Of a DNA stretch of 64,000 bases, positions 8,643 to 17,825 are shown one piece after another (positions within the stretch are counted from its first letter, which is position 1; each line of letters opens with the position of its first letter). The DNA lies in the IMG/VR virus record IMGVR_UViG_3300045988_165521. One strand, given 5' to 3'. The DNA comes from a virus. The notes beneath the pieces were generated by a model, which had not been told where the DNA came from, did not search any database, and saw nothing but the letters and a program-made list of their open reading frames with translations. Position numbers and translations under genes: made by a program.

Positions 8643-8918
8643 ATGCTCTGTAAGAATAATATTTTTAAGCTTTTTGTTCAAGAATTTATTTTATTCTTGC
8701 ATACCAAAGACTCTGAAGAATTTTGTAAAAGACTTTGTAAAAAGCATAATTTCAAAAAAGAAGAATTTGAGGAATATTTTAAAATAGTCCAAGAAAAATT
8801 CAATGAAATACCTAGTGATCAAGAAATTGCATCTCAAGAATGCAAACAGTCTCAAATAAAAAATCAAGTTATTGAAACACTTGAAAAAGTTATTTTAGAC
8901 ATTAAAACTCTTAAATAA
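8643..8918 (+). CDS. hypothetical acidic protein (91 aa)
   Basis: ORF-track ORF with an ATG start. Confidence 0.55.
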   Translation: MLCKNNIFKLFVQEFILFLHTKDSEEFCKRLCKKHNFKKEEFEEYFKIVQEKFNEIPSDQEIASQECKQSQIKNQVIETLEKVILDIKTLK

Positions 8919-8948
8919 AGTTTAACAATATCTAAAATTGTAATTATG
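8918..8948 (+). promoter_or_regulatory. 31-nt conserved upstream cassette, copy 1
   Basis: AAGTTTAACAATATCTAAAATTGTAATTATG is identical to 11226-11256 and ends in the start codon of the downstream gene. Confidence 0.8.
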
Positions 8949-9194
8949 TTCATTTCTAAGAAAACTATGCGAAAGAAAGATTTCGCATGTCTCAAAGCAG
9001 AGAAGCCGAACTATAAGGCTTTTCGCGCACCGAAAGAAAATGCGAGACACAAGTTTCAGACGCTTTTCAAAACTCCTCGTGGCTGGTTTCTCAGCATGAT
9101 GCAAGACAAAAAGCGTGTGATCGGCGAAATCTCTGTTCCTGCAGCTCAGGAATGGCTCGACGAGTGTCATTTCAAATACGAAACTGGCTGGTAA
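8946..9194 (+). CDS. hypothetical basic protein (82 aa), GC-richer
   Basis: ORF-track ORF preceded by the conserved 31-nt cassette. Confidence 0.6.
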   Translation: MFISKKTMRKKDFACLKAEKPNYKAFRAPKENARHKFQTLFKTPRGWFLSMMQDKKRVIGEISVPAAQEWLDECHFKYETGW

Positions 9195-9230
9195 GCCACC
9201 TCCTTTCTTTGTAGTTAATGAATTCATAGC

Positions 9231-10368
9231 GAGAACCTTTGGGGCTATCTTGCCGTGACTGAACCATTAACAACGAGCAACCCTGGCACAACTCGTAAAC
9301 GCCAGGAACAGTCTATCTACACATAAGGTCTAAGGACTAATTTGTGAATATAAATCCTCCTCCCCAAGTTGAATTTTATTCCGAATTGGATAGTTAATAG
9401 AGATGTCTGCGTGAGCAGGATTGGTAGTACCCTCTATTGTTAAAACTGTTTCTTTTTGACATTTTTTATCTAAATATATAAATCTAGATTATGAAATTCG
9501 CAGTAGGCTAGCTTTAATGCTTAAAAGTTCTTAGTTTAATTTTATTTCCTCTGATTTAATTCGAGTGAACAAATTGCAGAAGTAACTCACCTGCACTAAC
9601 AAGCTAGAATATGAAAGCAAGAGACGGTCCGAATATGTAGGATTTATTTTTTATTCATAATAATTTATTTGGAGAAATTAAACATAAAAATGCCTAAGAA
9701 ATTAGGTGTGTTGAATAGGAAGGCACTTGTCCTATTGCACGCAAGTTAATTACGGTTATTTCTAATATATGCTAGCAACATTGATGTAATCCAATTAATA
9801 TTGCCTATATAAGAGATGCGGAAGACTGTTAAGTGTCGAACTACCAAGCGGTTTAACAGGGATAGAGACTCTATGGTAACATAGAGAATTTGCTGGATAG
9901 CGTGGATTCACATACGTAAATGTGGAGCAAAGGAAAATGGCAGAATTACCAAACTTCTTTTCAATAGGGACGAAATTTATCTATAGACAATAACCAGTTA
10001 GCTCGTAATGTCTGCCTTTCAGATTAGCTAGTCTAGAAAGTTGAGTGAGTTATATAGACAAGAAAAGAAGAAAACCCTCGAGTTAGAGGTCATATAAGAA
10101 TTATTATCTTACCTAGCTAGTAAGATTGATCTGTAATGTTGACTGTAGTACGACAGATGATCGTAATCTTATATGTTGATTAACCGTAACAGTAGTAATT
10201 GTAATTCTTTATTATTAAAGTTTTTACATGCTGGAGAGAAGGCAGAACTCTCTTTGGAATCTGTCGTTTAGGTATAGCTTCTTTGATCGGAAGCTATACC
10301 ACTAAAATGTCTGTAATTGCACTTTTTCATTTTAAAGAGAGTTTCCGATCTCTATAAAAATCGGATTC
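9231..10368 (+). ncRNA. ORF-free block B (about 1.1 kb), candidate large structured RNA
   Basis: All six frames are closed by TAA, TAG and TGA. G+C is intermediate. It contains hairpin copy B near its 3' end and is followed directly by tRNA-Glu. Confidence 0.35.
10271..10300 (+). repeat. conserved-loop hairpin, copy B
   Basis: Stem GGTATAGCTTC/GAAGCTATACC around loop TTTGATCG. Confidence 0.85.
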
Positions 10369-10443
10369 GCTCGGTTCGTCTAGTTGGCCTAGGACGCAAG
10401 ATTTTCATTCTTGAAATCACGGGTTCGAATCCCGTACCGAGTA
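10369..10443 (+). tRNA. tRNA-Glu(TTC)
   Basis: Acceptor GCTCGGT/ACCGAGT (G1-U72). D arm is GTC-TAGTTGGCCTAG-GAC, anticodon arm CAAGA-TTTTCAT-TCTTG, T arm ACGGG-TTCGAAT-CCCGT. Confidence 0.9.
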
Positions 10444-10478
10444 CATAAAATTGAAATCTAAAATTGACTAAAAGAGTA

Positions 10479-11006
10479 ATGGAAGTATATTTTGAAGGCA
10501 CTATAGGTATCCGAAAATGGTTGCGAATTCGAAAGAATCGCATCTCTACACTTGAAGAACTTACTAAGTTAGTAATCAAACACGAACCTCGTGAATTAAC
10601 TATTCACATCAATTCACTTGGAGGAAGTACATATCAAGCTTTAGCTATTTACTTCTATCTTCTTTCTCTTAGCATTCCAGTTACTACTTTTTGTCATGGT
10701 CAAGTGGCTTCTGCAGCAACTATTATTGCTCAAGCAGGAAAAAAGAGATATATGGATAAAGATGCAGAAATCCTTATTCATACTCCTCGGATTAATACAA
10801 GTAATGCAATTACTTTCAGACTTTTAGGTATTATTAAAGAAGATCTTGCATTTTCTAATAAAATACTTAAAACTATATTCAAAAGAAAGTCAGCTTTAAC
10901 TGAAAAACAAGTTGAAAGAGTCATGCACTTACAAAATGAAGAAGGCGTATGGTTGAACTACGAAACTGCACTTCAGTTTAAGTTAGTTGATGAACTTGAA
11001 GAATAA
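10479..11006 (+). CDS. ClpP-family (S14) serine protease-like protein
   Basis: Motifs INSLGGS, VASAATII (Ser) and ILIHTP (His) are in ClpP order. The track start 10464 is TTG; the first ATG is at 10479. Confidence 0.75.
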   Translation: MEVYFEGTIGIRKWLRIRKNRISTLEELTKLVIKHEPRELTIHINSLGGSTYQALAIYFYLLSLSIPVTTFCHGQVASAATIIAQAGKKRYMDKDAEILIHTPRINTSNAITFRLLGIIKEDLAFSNKILKTIFKRKSALTEKQVERVMHLQNEEGVWLNYETALQFKLVDELEE

Positions 11007-11030
11007 TATGTATTTTCCATAGTTAGTAGC

Positions 11031-11083
11031 TGGATCTTAGTGAGAGTGAGCTACCTCTCTGAGCTTAACTAAGATCCATTTTT
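11031..11083 (+). terminator. rho-independent terminator
   Basis: Stem TGGATCTTAG...CTAAGATCCA followed by TTTTT. Confidence 0.7.
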
Positions 11084-11225
11084 AGAAACCCCTGTTTGCA
11101 TTTGATTATATAACACACCTAGTTCCATATAACTTTTCAGTTGGCATTAGTTAGATGAAAACTACGATTTTAATCCAGCGAGCGATAGTGTGGTTGCCAT
11201 GACCTGGAGATTTTTAAAATCCTTT

Positions 11226-11256
11226 AAGTTTAACAATATCTAAAATTGTAATTATG
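11226..11256 (+). promoter_or_regulatory. 31-nt conserved upstream cassette, copy 2
   Basis: Identical to 8918-8948 and ends in the ATG of the ParB-like gene. Confidence 0.8.
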
Positions 11257-11982
11257 TCTAAAGATCTTTTTTCGAGTCGTACTCCCTTTGAGAAGTGTTA
11301 TCTCGTAGAAAACGTAAAACATCTTTCGTTCATTCCAGGGAATCGTACTCTGAGAACAGCTCATGTAAATCGAATCTTCAAAGCTTTTCTCGATGGAGAG
11401 TGGATGCCGCCTATCTATGTTTCTGCAGACGGTGAAGTTCTCGATGGTCAGAATCGTCTCGCAGCATTTCGTATGCTGAAAGAGAAGTATCCGCAGAACA
11501 AAACTGCAATTCGAGTGATTATTATCAACTCGGATGCATCTCCTCTGAATCTCGCAATCAAGTTCAATGCAGGACATGCAAACTGGGTAATCACTGACTA
11601 CATGAAAGCTTATCTGGAAAAAGGTCTTCATGGCTATCAGCAGCTCCAGGATTTCACGAAAGCTTTCCCTGAGTTCGAATTCAAGGCAGCTATTCAACTG
11701 ATCAAGGGTTCGCACTCTTCGAGAAAGTTCAATAACGGTCTCTTAGAGATCTCTAACGAAGAGTACATGGAAGCATGTAAGAAAGCTGCTGCTCTCATTC
11801 AGATCGCAGAAAAGTTGAACAATAAGATCGTCCTTCGACGAGACATTGTTCTCGCTTTCTATCATGTCTGGAACAAGATTCCTAATATTCAAACGTATCT
11901 CAAACGTATCGGTAATCTTCAGGTTCCGAGCGTTGAGAATCGTAAGGAGTGGGAACTTGCATATAGTGCTCTGTTGCGATAA
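11254..11982 (+). CDS. ParB/sulfiredoxin-fold nuclease-like protein (DGQxR motif)
   Basis: IPGNRTLRTAHVNRIFKAFLDGEWMPPIYVSADGEVLDGQNRLAAF matches the ParB N-terminal / DGQHR-type pattern. Codon usage is GC-richer. Confidence 0.7.
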   Translation: MSKDLFSSRTPFEKCYLVENVKHLSFIPGNRTLRTAHVNRIFKAFLDGEWMPPIYVSADGEVLDGQNRLAAFRMLKEKYPQNKTAIRVIIINSDASPLNLAIKFNAGHANWVITDYMKAYLEKGLHGYQQLQDFTKAFPEFEFKAAIQLIKGSHSSRKFNNGLLEISNEEYMEACKKAAALIQIAEKLNNKIVLRRDIVLAFYHVWNKIPNIQTYLKRIGNLQVPSVENRKEWELAYSALLR

Positions 11983-12138
11983 TTTCTGGTTTTTATTTGT
12001 TAATCGGCACGTTAATAGAGTTTACTCTATGCCTACTACCACTCGAAGGTGTGATTAACAAGGGTCGCCTAGCGTCCTTGTATGAACGTAGGTCGGTGAT
12101 GGTCACTATCTCAGCCTCGCCATAACAACTTTAAGAAA

Positions 12139-12507
12139 ATGAATAATTTAGGTAAAGCTATAGGATTAATTCTCTTCATGGGAATTATTCTGACTTCCTG
12201 TTTATTACTTGTTTCTAAACCTAAAGATCAAGTAGTAACTATTACAGAGTTTCCTCAGGATGGAGTAAAAGTATCTAAAGTAGCTCCTATTTCTGAGTTC
12301 GAACGTAATCAGATTACAATATCTGTAATGCATGAACTTGATTCACTCGATAATATTTATCGAGTAGAAGCAGGTATGCAAAAGATTCCTGCTGAAGTAT
12401 TCGATAACTACTGTATTGAAGTAATGAATCACTACAAAGGTCAGATTCGAAGTATCTTTTATGATCCTTTAGAAAATCCTCGTATAAAAATCAGATGGGT
12501 TAATTAA
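12139..12507 (+). CDS. membrane-anchored hypothetical protein (122 aa)
   Basis: ORF-track ORF with an N-terminal TM segment (LILFMGIILTSCLLLV). Confidence 0.6.
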   Translation: MNNLGKAIGLILFMGIILTSCLLLVSKPKDQVVTITEFPQDGVKVSKVAPISEFERNQITISVMHELDSLDNIYRVEAGMQKIPAEVFDNYCIEVMNHYKGQIRSIFYDPLENPRIKIRWVN

Positions 12508-12509
12508 CT

Positions 12510-12698
12510 ATGATTATTTCTTGTATTACAACAGCTTCTAATAAAGCTGTACTCATTAAAGGAATTCCTTTTCGTATTGTTCAAATTAAAGGCTTTGTTG
12601 TAAATACAGAGACAAATCAAGTTCTTCACATTTGCATTAACAGATTGTATGATTTGTTAATGACTTGTTGTTTATACGAAAAAGTCTTTACAGAATAA
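12510..12698 (+). CDS. hypothetical protein (62 aa)
   Basis: ORF-track ORF with an ATG 3 nt after the upstream stop. Confidence 0.35.
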   Translation: MIISCITTASNKAVLIKGIPFRIVQIKGFVVNTETNQVLHICINRLYDLLMTCCLYEKVFTE

Positions 12699-12742
12699 TG
12701 TAGGAAGTTGTATCTATAATTAATAATAAATAAATTAACAGT

Positions 12743-12937
12743 ATGAAGGGTGGAAAACCTGGACTGAATGTCCGTCGCAAAGGTGCTCTTGCTCGCCTGG
12801 AAGTTACGTATGAAGCTTTCAAAAAAGCAGGTGAAGACAAAAGGAATTTGATTACGGGAAAAACTATTCCCTACGATCAAGAAATCGCACGCATGGAGCG
12901 TGAGATTGCAACACTCAAATCTCGAATCTATAACTAA
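12743..12937 (+). CDS. hypothetical basic protein (64 aa), GC-richer
   Basis: ORF-track ORF. TTAACAGTATG lies upstream, as at 17570. Confidence 0.55.
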   Translation: MKGGKPGLNVRRKGALARLEVTYEAFKKAGEDKRNLITGKTIPYDQEIARMEREIATLKSRIYN

Positions 12938-12951
12938 AACAAAGAAAGAAG

Positions 12952-13155
12952 ATGTCAACGATTGGACAGGTAAGACGCATGCTTCGTATTCAGGCACTCG
13001 AAGCTGCAAAACGTGAGGATTATCGAACACGTACTCGTGTTCAGAAAATCTATATCAAGGATAAGATTACGAGGAATATCACTATAAAGGAGATTACTCA
13101 TTTTCCTAAGAAGGAAGAGACTCCTGCAGAGGTAGAAACTCAGGTAACTGAATAA
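12952..13155 (+). CDS. hypothetical protein (67 aa)
   Basis: ORF-track ORF. Confidence 0.5.
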   Translation: MSTIGQVRRMLRIQALEAAKREDYRTRTRVQKIYIKDKITRNITIKEITHFPKKEETPAEVETQVTE

Positions 13156-13417
13156 AATTACGTATACTTTCAGGCTTCAGTAAAAGATTTGGTGAATTTA
13201 GATGATTCCACTGCTGTACAGAATTTTTCTGTTAGGATAACATAAGGCAGCATAATTGATTCTAATACTTGCATCCTTGAGAGTTCGAACTGTATCAATG
13301 ACCAAATAAGAGATACAGATTTTTAATAAAATATAGGCTGCAACCTATTTGGGACGCTAACGGATATTATTATGATGTTGTTGCAGTAAAACATATAGTA
13401 AGAAGGTTAGTGAAAAG

Positions 13418-13487
13418 ATGTGAATAGCTCAGTTGGTAGAGCGGCAGGTTGTGCTGAGGGTCGCAGGTTCGAGTCCTGTTTCACATC
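13418..13487 (+). tRNA. tRNA-like gene with a truncated anticodon arm (14 nt instead of 17)
   Basis: The acceptor (ATGTGAA/TTCACAT), D arm (GCTC-AGTTGGTA-GAGC) and T arm (GCAGG-TTCGAGT-CCTGT) are all regular. Only GCAGGTTGTGCTGA lies between position 26 and the variable loop. Confidence 0.45.
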
Positions 13488-13507
13488 CAAAATTAAAAAT
13501 TAAAATT

Positions 13508-13723
13508 ATGTTTTGGTTTATATATAAAATAACTCTCGTAGTTATTGTAATGATAATAATTGCAGTATACTTTAAAGATCGAGAACTTTTCAAGTCGCAA
13601 ATTTTTAACTTATTTACGACAGGAGAATTTATTATCTTATTGACTCCCATTATCAATACACTTCTTATTATTTATGGTGTATATAGAGCCATTCAAATTA
13701 CAACTAAAAATGGTAGGAAGTAA
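13508..13723 (+). CDS. membrane protein (71 aa)
   Basis: Track ORF 13433..13723 begins inside the tRNA-like gene. The first ATG after it is at 13508 (MFWFIYKITLVVIVMIIIAVYF...). Confidence 0.5.
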   Translation: MFWFIYKITLVVIVMIIIAVYFKDRELFKSQIFNLFTTGEFIILLTPIINTLLIIYGVYRAIQITTKNGRK

Positions 13724-13877
13724 ATATTGTGTAGAATATTATTTTTATAACGAGGATAATTTACCAGTTCAAAGTTTTGCTTTTGTTATTGCAACTTCTG
13801 ATGAGGAAGCAATACAAAAAGCACAAAATTATTCTACAAGTAAAATAACAATTATATCTTGTACTAAATACGCTTAG
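13710..13877 (+). CDS. hypothetical protein (55 aa)
   Basis: Track ORF 13674..13877. An ATG at 13710 gives a short overlap with the upstream gene. Confidence 0.45.
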   Translation: MVGSKYCVEYYFYNEDNLPVQSFAFVIATSDEEAIQKAQNYSTSKITIISCTKYA

Positions 13878-13966
13878 GCATGGAAGATATTGAGACGAAT
13901 GATATTGGGCAATCTTTAGTAGATGAATTTGTCGATGATAATGCTATTGAAGCTCAAGAAAAATAG

Positions 13967-15453
13967 CCTACGGACTTAAGAGGGTTAACACAAACCTAAA
14001 CTATTATGGATAAACCCATAATTCAATTATAATAAGCCTATAATGAATTTGAGGGGAGTTAAGGCAATTCTGAACAATTAAAACCAGCCGTATCCTAACT
14101 TCAACATGGTCTGTCAGTTTAGTGTTGAAGGAATAAGTTCTGTAATTATTTAGGGTGAACCATTTGAAGAAGTTGTAATTCTTCTACGATGACTTGTGTC
14201 GTATAATAAAAGAACAAGATCTATGTACAGTTGCATGGATTACTCCGTGAGATTCGGAGAGTTAAACTGCAGGTCAATAGAAGTGGTTAATCTATTGATG
14301 AGTCCTTTGTCTACTAAGGGAGTCCACTCGTTATAAGTTTAGAGGGAAGGAGTAGAATAACTTGAGTCGAGGCCATGAGTATTTAGTTAGCATGAGTTAT
14401 ATTATCCCAGATTAACAAATGTGTAAATACAAAAGGTACAGCAAGGATATCTCTAATTGAATAACTTTACTTCTAAATTCTGTAGTTTAGGTTTAGAGAT
14501 CTTTTAATAGGGAAAGCCAGCTTATTATAACGAAATTAATACCACTGCAAGGGCATGCGTTACAGAGTGGTATTTTTAATAGAATGTGTTAAATATTATA
14601 TAACTGATAACAATGGGAGTAGATGCTTAGTTCTACAAAAATCTCTATCTGATAAGCTTATGATCCTGCCAGTGATTAAGTAAAACAGAGATGCCTTGGC
14701 AGAGGCTGCAACGGCTAGCAGATCATAAGAGATCCTAGTATCGGGCGGAGGGAAGTTGCATACGTAAGTACCTCTAATTTTTTAAATCCTTCTGATCAAG
14801 CCTATGAGTAGATGAAGGTGCATAGTGACAGTAGGCTGCTTGATCTATGTTTAAGGTGGTTGACTAAGAGACGAATGCAGTAAAAGACTGGCCCGAGAAG
14901 GTCAGTAGAGTAGGGGCGGAGCCTACCGTAGTCACAATGAAAAACGAAAAGATTAAGTTGTCGCAAGGAAACTTACACTTAGTAGTTTATAAGAGCAAAC
15001 AGACGTCAAGCAATGTACAGATTAAATGATGTTTGGGAAAATAGAAACTATTAGTAGCTGTAACTACGAATGTTTGATGTAGCAGTCAATTGCATATGAG
15101 AGGTCATATGATTGATAGCCAAATGAATATCTGCTCTTATTGATAAACATGCCTGTACAAGTAATATCGAAGGTTGCACACGGATGATACGAAGGTTAAA
15201 GAGCTGGTGCAATAAGCTCATAATTAGAATTTATCTAGCTGGAATGTTTATCACTTTTTACCTATAACACTTTGATCGGTGTTATAGGTCCTAGAAAATA
15301 ATAGAGATAGGTGGCAAAGTCTGAAGATTCGAAAGAATATATGGCAACAGTACCTAGCTGTAGGGTTGTAACCATTGTGAGGTCACATTTTAGATGATCC
15401 AAACGTACAGTCTATCTCTTTTATTTTTTTAAGAAAATAATTATGGTAAAAAT
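13967..15453 (+). ncRNA. ORF-free block C (about 1.5 kb), candidate large structured RNA(s)
   Basis: It is the largest ORF-free stretch, with stops of all three kinds in all frames. It has many local and long-range complementarities (for example AGAGATAG at about 15304 with CTATCTCT at about 15411, then a T-run). It contains hairpin copy C. Confidence 0.35.
15260..15289 (+). repeat. conserved-loop hairpin, copy C
   Basis: Stem ACCTATAACAC/GTGTTATAGGT around loop TTTGATCG. Confidence 0.85.
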
Positions 15454-15696
15454 ATGAAAAAGTTACTCATTGTACTCGCATTATGTGTATTTGCAGTATC
15501 TTGTTGTGAAGTAGACCACAACAATTCTCAGAAAAAAGAACCAGAAAAGATTACTGCAACTTCCTTTAAAGTTTATACACAAAGAGGAAGTCTTGTTTGT
15601 GAATACTATGAATTCATATATCATGGGCATAAGTATATTACAAACTATGGAGAAAAATTTTTACTTCATTCTCCTGAGTGTTCTTGTCAGTATTAG
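15454..15696 (+). CDS. putative lipoprotein (80 aa), paralog of 39418..39636
   Basis: Signal peptide with lipobox-like VFAVSC. The C-terminal region (GH.Y...H.P.C.C) is shared with 39418..39636. Confidence 0.6.
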   Translation: MKKLLIVLALCVFAVSCCEVDHNNSQKKEPEKITATSFKVYTQRGSLVCEYYEFIYHGHKYITNYGEKFLLHSPECSCQY

Positions 15697-15699
15697 TTT

Positions 15700-15999
15700 A
15701 TGGAAAATAAAAGTTTACGAGCTCTTGCAATATTTATTATAATAGGTTTTGTCTTTATAGTAAATTTTGCTTTTTTTGGAGTTCAAGGTAGAATTACTGA
15801 AGACTGGACAGATAAGTTTACAAAAGAGATTAACTATCTTGAATATAAGGTAGATTCTTTAGAAAAGGTAGTTAATAGTAATCTTACACATCGTCGTGAT
15901 ACATTAATCATTGATGTACGCCCTCAAACAATCAAAATTTATCAACCTAATGGAAATAGTATTAATAATAATTCTAGTATTGCTAGTACTCCAAGATGA
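15700..15999 (+). CDS. membrane-anchored hypothetical protein (99 aa)
   Basis: ORF-track ORF ending in TGA. Under TGA=Trp it would run to the TAG at 16021-16023. Confidence 0.55.
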   Translation: MENKSLRALAIFIIIGFVFIVNFAFFGVQGRITEDWTDKFTKEINYLEYKVDSLEKVVNSNLTHRRDTLIIDVRPQTIKIYQPNGNSINNNSSIASTPR

Positions 16000-16009
16000 C
16001 GATTAAACT

Positions 16010-16165
16010 ATGTGGTTCTTTAGATTTGCAATTATTCTCTTAGAATTTTTATTTATTTTTTATTATACTGCAGTTGTTTTTCAACTGTTAGATGTATGGA
16101 AAATAACTAATCGTAAGATAACATGGAAGGCTATTATACCTTTCTATTACTTTATTAAGAGGTAG
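16010..16165 (+). CDS. small membrane protein (51 aa, below cutoff)
   Basis: Translation is MWFFRFAIILLEFLFIFYYTAVVFQLLDVWKITNRKITWKAIIPFYYFIKR. Confidence 0.35.
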   Translation: MWFFRFAIILLEFLFIFYYTAVVFQLLDVWKITNRKITWKAIIPFYYFIKR

Positions 16166-16270
16166 AAAATATATGGCGCCTCTATTTATAATTCTTGTAA
16201 TCTGTTTATTGATATTATTAATAGATTGCTTTAAAAACAAAAGAAAACATTAATCACTTTATAAAATCAT

Positions 16271-17449
16271 ATGAATTTAAAAAAGATTATTGCTGTCTTC
16301 GTGGCAGTGTTCGCAGTTTTCTGCGTTGTGTTTCTCGGTAAGATTGGAGAGGATGTGAAGAACGAAACTATTGTGGTCAACCAGTACCCCCTTACGGGTA
16401 ACATGGAGTATTGGACGACGCCTGGCTTCCACTGGCAGTGGTGGGGTAAGACGACGGTCTATTACAAGACTCAGCAGCTCTGGTTCGGATCTGACAACGA
16501 TGCTGGTCAACAGATGGGAAGTCCTATTCCCGTGATCTTTAATGATGCGTCGGATGGTATGGTGTATGGTTCACTTCGAGTTAAACTCCCTACTGATCCT
16601 AAGTATCTAGCACGTATTCAGACGGATTATAACGGTATGGATAGGCTTATTAATGACCTCGTTCGGCCTACTGTTACCAAGGTTATTTATGCGTCTGGTC
16701 CTCTGATGTCTGCATTTGAATCTTATGCTGAAAAGAAGAACGACCTTATTGAGTATATCACTGACCAGCTCAATAATGGTGTATACAAAACTTCTGTAAA
16801 GCGAGTTGAGATTCTGGATGCAATTTCAGGAGATAAAAAGCTGGTTAATATTGCAACTCTTATCCCTGATTCTCTCTCTGCTGGTGGATACAAACGTAGT
16901 GAATCTTCGCCGTTTGCCTACTATGGTTTAGAGATCGGTCAGGTAGCAGTTTCTAAAATTGACTATTCTGAAACAGTTAAGAAGCAGATTGCTCAGCAAC
17001 AGAAAGCAAACATGGATATCCAGACTGCAAAGGCGCAAGCCGCTGCTGCTCAACAGGATGCAATTAAGGCAGAGGAGCTTGGTAAAGCTGCTGCTATGAC
17101 TGCAAAGTGGGAGCAGGAAAAAGTAAAAGCAGTCGAGGTAACTAAGGCTCAACAGGCTTATGAAGTAGCATCACTTGCTGCTAAAGAAGCTATGGAAAAT
17201 GCAAAGAAAGTGAAGGCTGAAGGTGATGCAGAAGCATTCCGTCAGGCAGCATTAGTACGTGCAGGTCTTAGTCCTAAGGAAAAGGCAGAGATTGAGATGC
17301 AAACGAAGATTGGTGTAGCTGAAGCTTTATCGAAGCTGGAACTTCCTAAAATTGTTATGGCTGGTGGAAACACTAGTAATGGCAATGCTGCCATGGATGC
17401 GATGGGACTTAAGATGGTATCGGATCTTGTAGATAAGATGTCGAATTAA
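16271..17449 (+). CDS. SPFH/Band 7 (prohibitin/HflK-like) domain protein
   Basis: An N-terminal TM is followed by an SPFH-like core and an Ala/Gln/Lys-rich coiled coil (QQQKANMDIQTAKAQAAAAQQDAIKAEELGKAAA). Codon usage is GC-richer. Confidence 0.8.
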   Translation: MNLKKIIAVFVAVFAVFCVVFLGKIGEDVKNETIVVNQYPLTGNMEYWTTPGFHWQWWGKTTVYYKTQQLWFGSDNDAGQQMGSPIPVIFNDASDGMVYGSLRVKLPTDPKYLARIQTDYNGMDRLINDLVRPTVTKVIYASGPLMSAFESYAEKKNDLIEYITDQLNNGVYKTSVKRVEILDAISGDKKLVNIATLIPDSLSAGGYKRSESSPFAYYGLEIGQVAVSKIDYSETVKKQIAQQQKANMDIQTAKAQAAAAQQDAIKAEELGKAAAMTAKWEQEKVKAVEVTKAQQAYEVASLAAKEAMENAKKVKAEGDAEAFRQAALVRAGLSPKEKAEIEMQTKIGVAEALSKLELPKIVMAGGNTSNGNAAMDAMGLKMVSDLVDKMSN

Positions 17450-17493
17450 GTTCTTTAAGGCTAGGGAGGAGCCTACGGCAATCCTCCCAACAA

Positions 17494-17564
17494 ACAGAAG
17501 TAGTTCAATGGTAGAACGTAACACTGATAAGGTTAAAATAGGGGTTCGATTCCTCTCTTCTGTT
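17494..17564 (+). tRNA. tRNA-Ile(GAT)
   Basis: Acceptor ACAGAAG/CTTCTGT. D arm is GTTC-AATGGTA-GAAC, the anticodon loop is CTGATAA, T arm is AGGGG-TTCGATT-CCTCT. Confidence 0.85.
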
Positions 17565-17580
17565 CTAATTTAACAGTATA

Positions 17581-17796
17581 ATGTTTAAGAATATGTTAAA
17601 GTTTAGAGGTAAACAACTTGCAAGTGGTGCAGTTGTAAATGAAAGGATGTACTATTATGTTCTTGATGCACTTGATAGTAATAAAGACATAACTCTTACT
17701 TCTATTCTTGGAGTTGAAGTGAGTCGGTGTAACGATTTAACTAAAGAACAGTTAGAACAAGTTTTTGATTACTTAGTTGAAAAGGAATTAGAATAA
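17581..17796 (+). CDS. hypothetical protein (71 aa)
   Basis: ORF-track ORF. Confidence 0.5.
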   Translation: MFKNMLKFRGKQLASGAVVNERMYYYVLDALDSNKDITLTSILGVEVSRCNDLTKEQLEQVFDYLVEKELE

Positions 17797-17825
17797 AAAT
17801 ATCATTCATTAAATAAAAAGAAACG

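Noticed and set aside
8922-9227. Minus-strand ORFs 8922..9227 and 11230..11715, which share the C-terminal peptide NYNFRYC.
   Set aside because: The shared peptide is just the reverse translation of the 31-nt conserved cassette. The plus-strand genes are better supported.
9231-10368. Known housekeeping RNAs (RNase P RNA, rRNA fragments, SRP RNA) as an explanation for the ORF-free blocks.
   Set aside because: I could not find hallmark strings such as GAGGAAAGTCC (RNase P P4) or the SRP domain IV motif by eye. Only a covariance search can exclude them properly.
13967-15453. Reading block C as coding under an alternative genetic code.
   Set aside because: TAA, TAG and TGA all occur frequently in every frame, so no single reassignment opens a long ORF.
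16271-17449. SPFH gene plus ClpP-like gene (10479..11006) as an NfeD/stomatin-type operon pair.
   Set aside because: The two genes are 5 kb apart with unrelated genes and RNA blocks between them. The functional link is speculative.
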